Origin: Sandaracinaceae bacterium
GTDB lineage: Bacteria > Myxococcota_A > Polyangia > Polyangiales > Houyiibacteriaceae
Reading direction: 5' to 3'
NCBI GenBank assembly: GCA_016706685.1
Contig: JADJJE010000003.1
Coordinates: 321,780 to 385,779, forward strand
Length of the DNA stretch: 64,000 nucleotides
Below are positions 28,933-38,488 of this stretch, piece after piece; positions within the stretch are counted from its first letter, which is position 1; the number at the start of each line of letters is the position of its first letter. Made by a program: the position numbers and the translations under genes. The notes beneath the pieces are model-generated. The model made no database searches. It was given only the letters and a program-made list of their open reading frames with translations, and was not told the DNA's origin.

Positions 28933-31365
28933 ATGACCGAGACCCCTCCTCCGGGCCCTCCCCCCAGTTCGGAAACACCCGACCTCGAGCCGCACGGCGA
29001 GGGACCGGCGGGCGATGTGCTCGCTGCGGAAGCGGAACGCCGGCAGGATGAAGAGCGCGTTGCGCAGGCAAGGGCGGCTGAGCTCGCCGCCGCCGAGACG
29101 GCGGCTGCTGCAGAACTCGTCGACGCCGAACGACAGGCTGCCGAGCTCGCCGCTGCCGCTGCCAGGCAGCGCGCTGCCGAGGAACAGGCGGCCGCCGAAG
29201 CGAAGGCTGCTGCAGAGCTCGCCGCCGAGCAGAGCCGGGCCGCCGAGCGCGCGGCCGAGCTGCGCGCGGCTGAGCTTCGGGCCGCCGAACAACGCGACGC
29301 CGAGCTGCGCGCGGCCGAGGCGCTCGCCACCGAGCAGCTCGCCGCTGAGCAGCTCGCGGCCGAGCTTCGCGCCGCCGCGCCGCCTCCGGCCGAAGTATCC
29401 GAGACCAACCCCTTGCCCGTGGCCACGGACGGGCACCTCGCGCATCCGCTGCCGAACTCCGAGCACTCTTCCGCTCACAGCGTGCCGGGGCACCACCACG
29501 GCGCGACCTCTGCGCTCGTGATCGCGGCGCTCGGCGTGGTGTTCGGTGACATCGGGACCAGCCCGCTCTACGCGCTCAAGGAGTGCGTCACGCTCCCGCA
29601 CGGTGTCCCCGCTTCGTACGAGAACGTGCTGGGGCTGCTGTCGCTGATGAGCTGGTCGCTGATCATGGTCGTGGCGGTCAAGTACCTCACGTTCATCATG
29701 CGGGCCGACAACGAGGGTGAGGGCGGCATCATGGCGCTGCTCGCCCTGGTGCCCGAAGAGCTGCGCCCCAAGTCCAAGCGGCGCATCGGCTGGATCGCCG
29801 CCATGGTGCTCTTCGGCGCCGCGCTGCTCTACGGTGACGGCATCATCACGCCGGCCATCTCCGTGCTCAGCGCTGTCGAGGGCCTCAAGGTGGCCACCAC
29901 CACGCTCGAGCCCGTGGTGCTGCCGTTGACCTGCGTGATCTTGCTCGGCTTGTTCGCCGTTCAGCAGAAGGGCACCGCGGGCATCGGCAAGGTGTTCGGC
30001 CCGGTGATGGTGGTGTGGTTCAGCGTGCTCGCGGGGCTCGGTCTGTACTCGGTGTGGCAGTACCCGGCCGTGCTCGTGGGGCTGGACCCTCGGCACGCCG
30101 TCACGTTCTTCGTGGACCACAAGTTTCACGGGTTCGCGATCCTCGGCTCGGTCGTGCTGTGCATCACGGGTGGCGAGGCGCTCTACGCCGACATGGGGCA
30201 CTTCGGACGCAAGCCCATCATGAAGGCCTGGTACTGGATGGTCATGCCCGCGCTGCTCATCAACTATTTCGGGCAGGGCGCGCTGCTGCTCCAGCATCCG
30301 GAGGCTGCGGAGAACCCGTTCTTCTCCATGGTGCCGAAGGGGCCCGCGACGTACGCGCTCGTGGCGCTGGCCACCGCCGCCACCGTGATCGCGTCCCAAG
30401 CCCTCATCTCGGGAGCCTACTCGCTCACGCGCCAGGGCATCCAGCTGGGCTTCATGCCGCGCTTCCAGATCAAGCACACGTCCAGCGAGACGGAGGGGCA
30501 GATCTACGTCCCCGCCGTGAACTGGGCGCTGTGCATCGCGTGCATCCTGTTGGTGCTGGTGTTCCGCGAGTCCACGGAGCTCGCCGCCGCCTACGGCTTG
30601 GCGGTCACGGGCACCATGGCCATCACGTCCATCGTCTTCTACGTGGTGGCGCGCGAGCGCTGGGGCTGGCCCCTGTACCGGGCGCTGCCATTGCTGATCC
30701 TGTTCTTGATCTTCGACCTCGGGTTCCTCGCGGCGAACATGCTCAAGTTCTTCGAGAACGGCTATGTCCCGGTCGTGATGGCGGTGGTCATCTTCATCGC
30801 CATGGTGATCTGGCGGAAGGGCCGCGTGCTGCTGGCGGAAGAGTTCAAGAAGCGCACGCGCCCGCTCAACGAAGTGCTGGCCGAGCTGCGCACGGGAGAC
30901 ACGGCACGGGTGCACGGCGCCGCGGTGTTCCTGACCTCCAACGCCGACGAGGCGCCGCCCGTGCTGCTGCACCACGTGGAGCGCTCCAACGCGCTCCAGC
31001 AGACGGTCATCCTGCTGACCGTGGTCATCGAGCGCAAGCCTCGCGTGAGCGCGGAGCGGCGCATCGAGGCGCACCTGATCGCCGAGGGGTTCTATCGCGT
31101 CATCTTGCGCTCGGGGTTCATGGAGAACACCGACGTGCCCGTGCTGGTGGCGGGTGCCATGGCCCAGCTGCGCCTGCCCATCCCGGCGGACGACACCACG
31201 TACTACCTGGGTCGCGAGACGCTGCTGGCCACGGGTCAGGGCGAGATGAACCGAATCAGCGAGAACCTCTTCTCGTTCATGTCGCGCAACGCCACGAGCG
31301 CCACGGCCTTCTTCAACCTGCCGCACGAGCGCGTGGTGGAGATCGGCATCCAGCTGGACCTCTGA
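28933..31365 (+). CDS. kup: KUP/HAK/KT family potassium transporter with ~180-aa Ala/Glu-rich N-terminal extension
   Basis: The core starts at ..ALVIAALGVVFGDIGTSPLYALKEC and continues through 12 TM helices and the cytoplasmic C-domain to ..VVEIGIQLDL. The in-frame upstream region back to ATG 28933 encodes AELRAAELRAAEQRDAELRAAE-type repeats. Confidence 0.88.
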   Translation: MTETPPPGPPPSSETPDLEPHGEGPAGDVLAAEAERRQDEERVAQARAAELAAAETAAAAELVDAERQAAELAAAAARQRAAEEQAAAEAKAAAELAAEQSRAAERAAELRAAELRAAEQRDAELRAAEALATEQLAAEQLAAELRAAAPPPAEVSETNPLPVATDGHLAHPLPNSEHSSAHSVPGHHHGATSALVIAALGVVFGDIGTSPLYALKECVTLPHGVPASYENVLGLLSLMSWSLIMVVAVKYLTFIMRADNEGEGGIMALLALVPEELRPKSKRRIGWIAAMVLFGAALLYGDGIITPAISVLSAVEGLKVATTTLEPVVLPLTCVILLGLFAVQQKGTAGIGKVFGPVMVVWFSVLAGLGLYSVWQYPAVLVGLDPRHAVTFFVDHKFHGFAILGSVVLCITGGEALYADMGHFGRKPIMKAWYWMVMPALLINYFGQGALLLQHPEAAENPFFSMVPKGPATYALVALATAATVIASQALISGAYSLTRQGIQLGFMPRFQIKHTSSETEGQIYVPAVNWALCIACILLVLVFRESTELAAAYGLAVTGTMAITSIVFYVVARERWGWPLYRALPLLILFLIFDLGFLAANMLKFFENGYVPVVMAVVIFIAMVIWRKGRVLLAEEFKKRTRPLNEVLAELRTGDTARVHGAAVFLTSNADEAPPVLLHHVERSNALQQTVILLTVVIERKPRVSAERRIEAHLIAEGFYRVILRSGFMENTDVPVLVAGAMAQLRLPIPADDTTYYLGRETLLATGQGEMNRISENLFSFMSRNATSATAFFNLPHERVVEIGIQLDL
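29020..29400 (+). repeat. Imperfect tandem GC-rich coding repeats (Ala/Glu/Leu/Arg heptad-like) inside the kup 5' extension
   Basis: Recurrent gccgccgag / gagctgcgcgcggcc units visible in the DNA. Translated as (A)AEL(R)AAE repeats. The antisense ORF 28869..29426 is an artefact of the same low complexity. Confidence 0.6.
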
Positions 31366-31384
31366 TCGTGGTCTCCTACCCGGC

Positions 31385-31858
31385 ATGAGCGTCTCGCCCA
31401 TCTCGAGTCCTCACGACGCCGCCAACTACGTGGTGGTCGTATACCGCAACGTGATGATCCAGAACGTCACGGGCGCGATCGACGCCGCCTTCTTGCGCGC
31501 CTCGCTGGCTGGCCACCACGCAGCGCTCGCGCACGACCCCACCGGCTACGCCGTGATCACCATGGTGGAGCCCAGCGCGAAAGTGCCGCCCGGCCCGGTG
31601 CGCGACGAGGCCGCCCTGCTGCGCGAGAAGACACAGCACATGCTGAAGGCTCACTCGGTGCTCATCGGCAGCGATGGCTTCTTTGCCAGCACCATGCGTG
31701 CCGTGATCACCGGGATCGTGACGCTTGCCCGCAGCCGCGTCCCGCTCCGGATGGTGGGCGACGAGCAGGCCGCGGCCGACTTCGTGGTGGAGCGCGCGTG
31801 CCCCACTGTAGAGGCCGGCGCGCTGCGCGATGTGCTGGTGTCGCTGCGCCACCGCTGA
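31385..31858 (+). CDS. Hypothetical protein
   Basis: 157 aa. ATG 19 nt after the kup stop. Balanced composition (MSVSPISSPHDAANYVVVVYRNVMIQNVTG..). No motif recognised. Confidence 0.55.
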   Translation: MSVSPISSPHDAANYVVVVYRNVMIQNVTGAIDAAFLRASLAGHHAALAHDPTGYAVITMVEPSAKVPPGPVRDEAALLREKTQHMLKAHSVLIGSDGFFASTMRAVITGIVTLARSRVPLRMVGDEQAAADFVVERACPTVEAGALRDVLVSLRHR

Positions 31859-31863
31859 CGGCG

Positions 31864-32694
31864 TCAGTCGGCCTTGTTTCCCGCGAGGTGGGGGAAGAAG
31901 TACCCCATGGAGCGACGCGCTAGCCGCAGCGCGACCTTGCGCGGCAGCAGCGCGCCCAGCAGGTTGGCGGCCACGCGGTCGGAGGCGCTCGAGATGTACA
32001 CGGGCTGCCGACCGAGCGCGACGAGCGCGCCATCGACCACGTCTTCGGGCGACTGCATGAACGAGCGCGCACGCCCCATGACGGGCTGGCTGGCGGCGAA
32101 GAGCGGTGTGTCGGTCATGCCGGGCACCAGCGCGAGGACGTCCACGCCCTGCTGGCGCAGCTCTTCGTAGAGTGCCTCTCCGAGCGCGAGCGTATACGCC
32201 TTGGTGGCGGCGTAGTTGGCCACGAACGGCGCGCGCAGGATGGCCGAGTTGCTGGAGAGGAGCACCAGGCCGCCGCGCCCGCGGGCACGCATGGGCCGCC
32301 CGAACGCGTGCATCAAGCGCGCGGTGACCACGCAGTGCAGCTCCACGGCCTTGAGCTGCGGCTCGAGCGGCATCTCCAAGAACTCGCCCATGGAGGTGAT
32401 GCCGGCCGAGTGCACCACCAGCCCGATCTCGCGCGTGTCGGCGAGGTCGGTCAGCTGCTGCACGAACTGCGAGTCGGTGAGATCGCCGGCCAGCACGTCC
32501 ACGCTGACCCCCGTGCTCGCGCGGAGCTCCTGAGCCAGCGCGGCGAGGCCCGCGGCGTCGCGGTCCACCAGCGCGAGCGCCATGCCCTCGGCAGCGAGCC
32601 GGCGCGCGAAGGCAGCCCCGATGCCCGACGCGGCGCCCGTGATGAGCCCCACGGGGCCGTAGCGGTCGCGTACGGCGATCGACTTCATGCTCAT
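31864..32694 (-). CDS. SDR family oxidoreductase
   Basis: ATG at 32694 (MSMKSIAVRDRYGPVGLITGAASGIG). HSAG and YAATK (YxxxK) motifs. Confidence 0.88.
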   Translation of the reverse strand: MSMKSIAVRDRYGPVGLITGAASGIGAAFARRLAAEGMALALVDRDAAGLAALAQELRASTGVSVDVLAGDLTDSQFVQQLTDLADTREIGLVVHSAGITSMGEFLEMPLEPQLKAVELHCVVTARLMHAFGRPMRARGRGGLVLLSSNSAILRAPFVANYAATKAYTLALGEALYEELRQQGVDVLALVPGMTDTPLFAASQPVMGRARSFMQSPEDVVDGALVALGRQPVYISSASDRVAANLLGALLPRKVALRLARRSMGYFFPHLAGNKAD

Positions 32695-32803
32695 GACCAG
32701 GCAACGTAACACGCAGAACGGGGACGGAAAGCAGAGAGGCGCGACGAAGTGGATCGCCGCGCCTCTCGCATTCTCGGAGGTGCTCCTCAGCGGGAGCCCC
32801 GGC

Positions 32804-34099
32804 TCACTCCGCGCTGGCCGCCAGCTCCGCTTGCAGCAGGATGCTGGCGAAGGCGTTGGCCATGTCCGCGTCGATGCCCGCGGCGGTCAGCGCGGTGACG
32901 TCCACGGTGGCGTCGGCCACGCCCTCACTGAAGAGCACGGCCGTCTCCACGCTCGAGACACCCATGAGGATCACGCTGGCGCGCAGCGCGGCGACGGTGG
33001 TCGTCGAGAAGGTCGCCCAGAGGTCGAAGGCCGCGGTGCCCGCCGCGTCCAGCGAGCTTGCGATCTCGACGCGAATGGACAGCGCAGCGGCGGTCCAAGC
33101 GTCCGAGATGGTGGCACCGGCCATGACACCGTCGGTCCGTGCGGCCTCGATGGCCACCAGGAGCGTGGTGAAGGTGGCGTCCAGGTTCACGTCCGTGGCA
33201 CCCGAGGCCGCGAGCTCGGCCTCCATGGCGGCCTGCACGGAGACCGCGCGCGACAGCTCGGCGTCAGCGACCAGCTGCGCGTACAGCGCCGGCGCGACGT
33301 CGAGCGCGGTGGCCTCGAGGCGCATGGCCTCGGCGCCAGCGTGGGCGCTCACGGCCCACGTCTCGGACGACAGGCTCCCCGAGGTGCGAGCCTCGACGAG
33401 AGCCGCCTCGTAGGCGGCGCGCGCCTCGGCGGTGGCGGACACGCTGGTGGCAGCGTCGAGCGCGGCGACCTCATCGGCCTGGGCGTTGGCGCGCGCGGTC
33501 ACGTAGGTGTTGAAGGCGCTGTCGCTCTCGTCCGTGAGGACCGTCGCCTCGGCGTCGATGCGCGCCTCGAGGGCCGCGCTGACGTCGGCCAGCGTGGATG
33601 CGGTCTCGCTGCCCGCGGCGAAGGTCGTGGCGGCCTCCGTGCCCACGTGGGCGCGAACCGCCTCATGCGAGCAGGCGTCGCAGGACGTGGACGCGCTGAG
33701 CGACTCGAACACCGCTGCCTCGAGCGACGTCTCTTCGTTCATGGGCTCTGCGGTCATCTCGCCGTCCGCCTCGACGAGCAACACCACGGAGGCGCGGTTC
33801 GTTCCGTCCGTGGCTTCGAGCAGCAGGTGACTGCCCGCGCTCAACTCGACCGGGCTCTCCACGCGGTAGCGACCGTTCGCTGTGGTCATGGTGGCGTCCA
33901 TCTCGACGGGCTCACGCGAGCCATCGCTCGTGATGGTGGAGGCCGTCACGGTGGTGCTGCTGTCGTCCAGGTTGGACTCCACGCGGCCTTGCGCGACCAG
34001 CTTGGGCGCGCCGTTGCTGGAACCGGAGTCACAGCCGGCTGCGCCCGTGAGCGACAACAGAACCGTGAGGAAAGAAAGAGTGCGTTGTGTATAGGTCAT
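32804..34099 (-). CDS. Hypothetical lipoprotein, N-terminal beta domain plus long Ala-rich helical region
   Basis: ATG at 34099 (MTYTQRTLSFLTVLLSLTGAAGC DSG) with GGAG upstream. The rest is A/E/T/S-rich, predicted helical repeats. Confidence 0.6.
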   Translation of the reverse strand: MTYTQRTLSFLTVLLSLTGAAGCDSGSSNGAPKLVAQGRVESNLDDSSTTVTASTITSDGSREPVEMDATMTTANGRYRVESPVELSAGSHLLLEATDGTNRASVVLLVEADGEMTAEPMNEETSLEAAVFESLSASTSCDACSHEAVRAHVGTEAATTFAAGSETASTLADVSAALEARIDAEATVLTDESDSAFNTYVTARANAQADEVAALDAATSVSATAEARAAYEAALVEARTSGSLSSETWAVSAHAGAEAMRLEATALDVAPALYAQLVADAELSRAVSVQAAMEAELAASGATDVNLDATFTTLLVAIEAARTDGVMAGATISDAWTAAALSIRVEIASSLDAAGTAAFDLWATFSTTTVAALRASVILMGVSSVETAVLFSEGVADATVDVTALTAAGIDADMANAFASILLQAELAASAE

Positions 34100-34232
34100 C
34101 AGTAAGAGGTCTCCTGACGCCCACCTCTGCACGCCGCGTGCCGTACTTCCCATGCGCGTTTCGCGCCTGCAGCAAGCCTCCGCGTTGCCCTGTGGCGGGC
34201 GCGGCCTCCAGAGTGACCGGCCCTAGTCCATC

Positions 34233-34919
34233 TTATTGATGGGCGTTCGAGCTCTCCCCGCCCAGCAGCTTGCGGTGCAGCAAGATGGCGAACAGGCCCA
34301 CCAGGAAGCCACCGATGTGCGCCCACCACGCCACCCCGCCGCTCGAGAAGCCCCCCGTAGACAAGAGGCCGTACACCAGCTGCAGCGCGAACCACACGAA
34401 GATGAACACGAAGGCCGGCACCTCCACGAACAGCGCCAGCGGAATGGGCACCAGCGTGAGCACCGGCGCGCGCGGGTGCAGCACCACATAGGCCGCCAGC
34501 ACGCCGCTGATGGCGCCCGACGCGCCCACCATGGGGACCGTGCTGCTCGGGTCCACCAGCACCTGGAAGAGCGCCGCGCCGAGGCCCGCGCCCAGATAGA
34601 AGAGCAGGAACGGCACGCGCCCGAGCTCGTCCTCCACGTTGTCACCGAAGACGTGCAGGAACCACATGTTGCCCAGCAGGTGCAGCCCGCCGCCGTGCAG
34701 GAACAGGCTGGTGATGGGCGTGACCAGCGCGCCCAGCGAGCCGCCCTCGGAGCGGGGCAGCGTGAGCCCGCCGCCGCTGAGCACGGAGGGCACCACCCCG
34801 TAGCGCGTGAGCATGACCGTGGCCGCCTCGGTGGACAGCATGAGCTCGTAGGCGAAGATGGCCGCGCTGAGCGCGATCAGCGCCCACGTGACGACCGGCC
34901 TTCGGCGCGTCGGGTTCAT
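34233..34919 (-). CDS. Rhomboid family intramembrane serine protease
   Basis: ATG at 34919 (MNPTRRRPVVTWALIAL..). Motifs LFLHGGGLHLLGNMWFL (HxxxN) and catalytic GASGAISG. The track ORF extends to 35996 in junk. Confidence 0.88.
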   Translation of the reverse strand: MNPTRRRPVVTWALIALSAAIFAYELMLSTEAATVMLTRYGVVPSVLSGGGLTLPRSEGGSLGALVTPITSLFLHGGGLHLLGNMWFLHVFGDNVEDELGRVPFLLFYLGAGLGAALFQVLVDPSSTVPMVGASGAISGVLAAYVVLHPRAPVLTLVPIPLALFVEVPAFVFIFVWFALQLVYGLLSTGGFSSGGVAWWAHIGGFLVGLFAILLHRKLLGGESSNAHQ

Positions 34920-35060
34920 GTCACGCAGCGGGAGCACCCGGGCATGTGAATCCGTTCCGCGCGTACATGCAACCCGAACCCACGAACCATCCACCCTGAG
35001 GCCTGGCGTGCGACCATTTGCCGCATGCCGCGATGGGTATGGCGGCGCTACGTTGTGGGC

Positions 35061-35909
35061 ATGAAAACGCGTCCCCCCCGCCTCCTCGGTCTCTCCCTGC
35101 TCGCCCCGCTCGCGCTGGTTGGCGCCTGCGGCGATGCCGCTCCCCGGCAAGACGTGAGCCTCACGTTCCGCGCCACCATGGGCAGCGAGACCTTCGCCTG
35201 TGGCCAGCCTTTCACCGGGCTGGGCGTGACGGGTGACCAGACCCTCACGGTGAGGGACGCCCGCATGTACGTGCACGACGTCCGCCTGGTGACCGCCGCG
35301 GGCGACGAGGTGGCGCTCGAGCTCGGCGAGAACGCCTTCCAACACCAGGGCATCGCGTACCTGGACTTCGCCGACAGCAACGACACCGGCTGCGAGGGCA
35401 ACCCCGAGACGCGCCTGGTGATCGAGGGCAGCGCGCCCGAGGGCGACTACGTGGGCGTGCGCTTCACGGTGGGCATGCCCTTCGAGCAGAACCACCAGGA
35501 GGCCTCGGTGGCGGCGTCGCCGTTGAACATCACCGACATGTTCTGGGCGTGGCAGAGCGGCTACAAGTTCATCAAGCTGGACGGCGCGAGCACCGGCGTG
35601 CCCACCTGGCGCTTCCACCTGGGCAGCACCGGCTGCGTGGGCGACCCCATGGCGGGCGGCGTGACCAGCTGCACGGCCCCCAACCGCTTCGACGTGGAGC
35701 TCATGGGCATGGACCTCGCAGCCGACAGCATCCGCTTCGACATCGCCGAGCTGGTGTCCGACGTGGATCTCGACACGTTCACCCCGGAGACGCCTCCCGG
35801 CTGCATGTCGGGCGCGATGGACCCGGACTGTACGGAGTACTTCGAGGCGCTGGGCCTCCCCCACGCCAGCAGCCCGGCCGGCGTGCAGCGTGTGTTCACC
35901 GTAGACTGA
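35061..35909 (+). CDS. mbnP: MbnP family copper-binding lipoprotein ('metallo-mystery pair' Cys-motif protein)
   Basis: ATG at 35061. Lipobox [67 protein letters not shown] and [11 protein letters not shown] motifs. Confidence 0.85.
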   Translation: MKTRPPRLLGLSLLAPLALVGACGDAAPRQDVSLTFRATMGSETFACGQPFTGLGVTGDQTLTVRDARMYVHDVRLVTAAGDEVALELGENAFQHQGIAYLDFADSNDTGCEGNPETRLVIEGSAPEGDYVGVRFTVGMPFEQNHQEASVAASPLNITDMFWAWQSGYKFIKLDGASTGVPTWRFHLGSTGCVGDPMAGGVTSCTAPNRFDVELMGMDLAADSIRFDIAELVSDVDLDTFTPETPPGCMSGAMDPDCTEYFEALGLPHASSPAGVQRVFTVD

Positions 35910-35913
35910 CAGC

Positions 35914-37104
35914 GTGATCTCCCGCACGCGATGGCGCCGCACCGTGCAGCCAACCCCTCCGCATCCTCGAGCGCCATGGCTCACGCTGGCCCTCACGCTG
36001 GCCCTGGTGGCGCTGCAGGGGGGCTGCGGCTCGGATAGCTATGAGCTGGACCTCCCGCGCGGCTTCCCCGAGCCGCGCGTGCCGGCGGACAACCCGCTGA
36101 GCGAGGCCAAGATCGAGCTGGGCCGCTTCTTGTTCTACGACGTGCGGCTGAGCGCCAACCAGACGCAGTCGTGTGGGAGCTGCCACCGGCAGGAGCTCGC
36201 GTTCACCGATGGACTGCCGCACGCCGTGGGGTCCACGGGCGAGCACACCGCGCGCGGCTCCATGGCGCTGGGCAACGCGGGCTATGCCGCCACGCTCAAC
36301 TGGGCCAACCAGGCGGTGGTCACTCTCGAGATGCAGGCGCGCATCCCGCTCTTTGGCGTGGAGCCCGTGGAGCTGGGCCTCGGCGGCATGGAGCAGGTGC
36401 TGGAGCAGCGCTTGCGCGCCGACCCGAGCTACCCTGCGATGTTCGCCGCGGCCTTTCCGAGCGAAGACGACCCCATCACCGTGCAGAACGTGCTGCGCGC
36501 GCTGGCCTCGTTCGAGCGCGCGCTGCTGACCGGCGACTCGCCCTACGACCGCTACCAGGCCGGCGACACCACCGCGCTCTCGGACTCGGCCCGGCGCGGC
36601 ATGGAGCTGTTCTTCAGCGAGAAGGTGGAGTGCTTCCACTGCCACGGCGGCTTCAACCTGTCGGGCTCGGTGGACCACGAGGGCAACTTCTTCGACCAGT
36701 CCTTGTTCGCCAACAACGGCCTCTACAACGTGGACGGCATCGGCGGGTACCCGGCCGCCAACACGGGCCTGTTCGAGATGACCGGCGACCGCCTGGACAT
36801 GGGGCGCTTCAAGCCGCCCACGCTGCGCAACATCGCGCTGACGGCGCCCTACATGCACGACGGCTCGCTGGCCACGCTGGAAGCGGTCATCGACCACTAC
36901 GCGCGCGGCGGCACGCTGACGCCCGAGGGGCCCAACGCGGGCGACGGGCGCCTGAGCCCGCTGAAGAACGGCTTCATCAGCGGCTTCGTGTTGAGCGAGC
37001 AAGAGCGCGCCGACCTGCTGGCGTTCCTGAACGCGCTGACCGACGAGACCTTCGTCACCGACCCGCGCTTCAGTGATCCGTTTTCGGCGCCGCCCGCGCC
37101 TTGA
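35914..37104 (+). CDS. mbnH: MbnH family di-haem enzyme (bacterial cytochrome c peroxidase / MauG superfamily)
   Basis: GTG 4 nt after the mbnP stop. Lipobox LQGGC. Two haem c motifs, CGSCH (36172..36186) and CFHCH (36631..36645). [20 protein letters not shown] motif. Confidence 0.88.
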   Translation: MISRTRWRRTVQPTPPHPRAPWLTLALTLALVALQGGCGSDSYELDLPRGFPEPRVPADNPLSEAKIELGRFLFYDVRLSANQTQSCGSCHRQELAFTDGLPHAVGSTGEHTARGSMALGNAGYAATLNWANQAVVTLEMQARIPLFGVEPVELGLGGMEQVLEQRLRADPSYPAMFAAAFPSEDDPITVQNVLRALASFERALLTGDSPYDRYQAGDTTALSDSARRGMELFFSEKVECFHCHGGFNLSGSVDHEGNFFDQSLFANNGLYNVDGIGGYPAANTGLFEMTGDRLDMGRFKPPTLRNIALTAPYMHDGSLATLEAVIDHYARGGTLTPEGPNAGDGRLSPLKNGFISGFVLSEQERADLLAFLNALTDETFVTDPRFSDPFSAPPAP

Positions 37105-37666
37105 GCGCGCGTCGTGGGCCCGCGCTGCCCGTGGGCTGCTTGGTGGCCTTCTTGGCGGGCGTGGACGTGACCAGCGCCGCATGCATGCGCGCCGCCTGAG
37201 CGTGGGTGAGCGCGATGGCCAGCGCGTCGGTGGCGTCGATGCCGGGCAGCTCGCCGGGAGGCAGCCCCAGCATCGCGCCCACGATGCGCGCCACCTGCGT
37301 CTTGTCGGCCGCGCCCTTGCCCACGATGGAGCGCTTCACCACGGCGGGCGGATAGGGGTGCACCGCGAGCCCCGCCTGCGCGATGGCCAGCAACACCACG
37401 CCACGCGCGTGCCCCAGCTTGAGCGCCGCGTTCGGGAACTTCGCCATGAAGATGTCCTCCACGGCGGCCGCTTGCGGCGCGTGCTCGGCGATCAGCGCCA
37501 CGAGCCCCGTGTGGATGAGCAGCAGCCGCTCCTCGAGCGGCGCCTTCTCACCGGCGGTGAGCGTGCCCGCTGTGATCAGGCGCAGGCGCGTGCCGTCCCG
37601 CTCGATGATTCCGTAGCCCGTGCGCACGGAGCCGGGATCCACGCCGAGGACGCGCAGGGTGGCCAT
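37070..37666 (-). CDS. ruvC: Crossover junction endodeoxyribonuclease RuvC
   Basis: ATG at 37666 ([21 protein letters not shown]..). [22 protein letters not shown] and [12 protein letters not shown] motifs. Lys/Ala/Pro-rich tail. The 3' end overlaps the mbnH 3' end convergently by 35 nt. Confidence 0.9.
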   Translation of the reverse strand: MATLRVLGVDPGSVRTGYGIIERDGTRLRLITAGTLTAGEKAPLEERLLLIHTGLVALIAEHAPQAAAVEDIFMAKFPNAALKLGHARGVVLLAIAQAGLAVHPYPPAVVKRSIVGKGAADKTQVARIVGAMLGLPPGELPGIDATDALAIALTHAQAARMHAALVTSTPAKKATKQPTGSAGPRRALKARAAPKTDH

Positions 37667-37812
37667 CAGGCGGCGCAGCCCGGGGTGGGGACAACGCCGG
37701 GGGCGGGAGGGTGCTGGCTCATGCTGGGTGGTGTAACCCACGGGCCGCGTGGTCGGTCAAGCAAGCGACAACGCTACCGGTCGCCCCGCCGGCGCTGTGG
37801 TAGTCTCCCCCG

Positions 37813-38481
37813 GTGCGCACGCTGGACGCTGGCCCCCTCCTTCACCCCGTTCGAGCTTGGCTCGCGGCAGTCGCCGGCGCGGCGCTGATCACCGGCTGCG
37901 GAGGCAGCCAGGCCCTGGGCCCCGCGCACGACACCGCCCGCGCCTATGCCGATGCGGTGCGGCGCGGTGACGCCGAGGCCGTGTACGCCCTGCTGGACGC
38001 CGAGACGCGCGCGAGCCTGACACTCGACGACCTGCGCGCCCAGATGGCCGAGGCGCCGGAGGAGCTGCGTGAACAGGCCACGGCGGTGGAGGCCGCGCTG
38101 GATGACCCGCAGCTGGTGGAGACGCGCGCGAGCGTGCCGCTGCGCACCGGGCAGCACGCGGTGCTGGTCATCGAGGGGGAGCGCTGGCGGCTGGTGGGCA
38201 CGCTGCTGGACGCGGTGTCGCTGGCCACCCCGGAGGACGCAGTCATGGCGTTCCGCAGCGCGCTCGAGCGCCGCAGCCTCAGCAGCATCGGCCGCATCCT
38301 GGCGCGGGCGCCACGCGCCGAGATCGACGCGCAGATCGAGCGCTTCCTGCTGGACACCGAGGACCAGCCGGCGCTCGACGTGGACATCCAGGGCAACGAG
38401 GCCACGGTGCGCACGGCCAGCGGGCGAGTGATCCGCATGGTGCGCGAAGCTGGCGAGTGGCACGTGCTCAGCGTGGAGTGA
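37813..38481 (+). CDS. Hypothetical lipoprotein
   Basis: GTG start. Lipobox AALITGC GGS. 222 aa, no motif recognised. Confidence 0.55.
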   Translation: MRTLDAGPLLHPVRAWLAAVAGAALITGCGGSQALGPAHDTARAYADAVRRGDAEAVYALLDAETRASLTLDDLRAQMAEAPEELREQATAVEAALDDPQLVETRASVPLRTGQHAVLVIEGERWRLVGTLLDAVSLATPEDAVMAFRSALERRSLSSIGRILARAPRAEIDAQIERFLLDTEDQPALDVDIQGNEATVRTASGRVIRMVREAGEWHVLSVE

Positions 38482-38488
38482 TGCAACG

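Noticed and set aside
29020-29400. Tandem DNA repeats as a possible CRISPR array or satellite
   Set aside because: The units are short, imperfect and lack unique spacers. They are in frame with kup and encode Ala/Glu repeats, so this is coding low complexity and not a CRISPR array.
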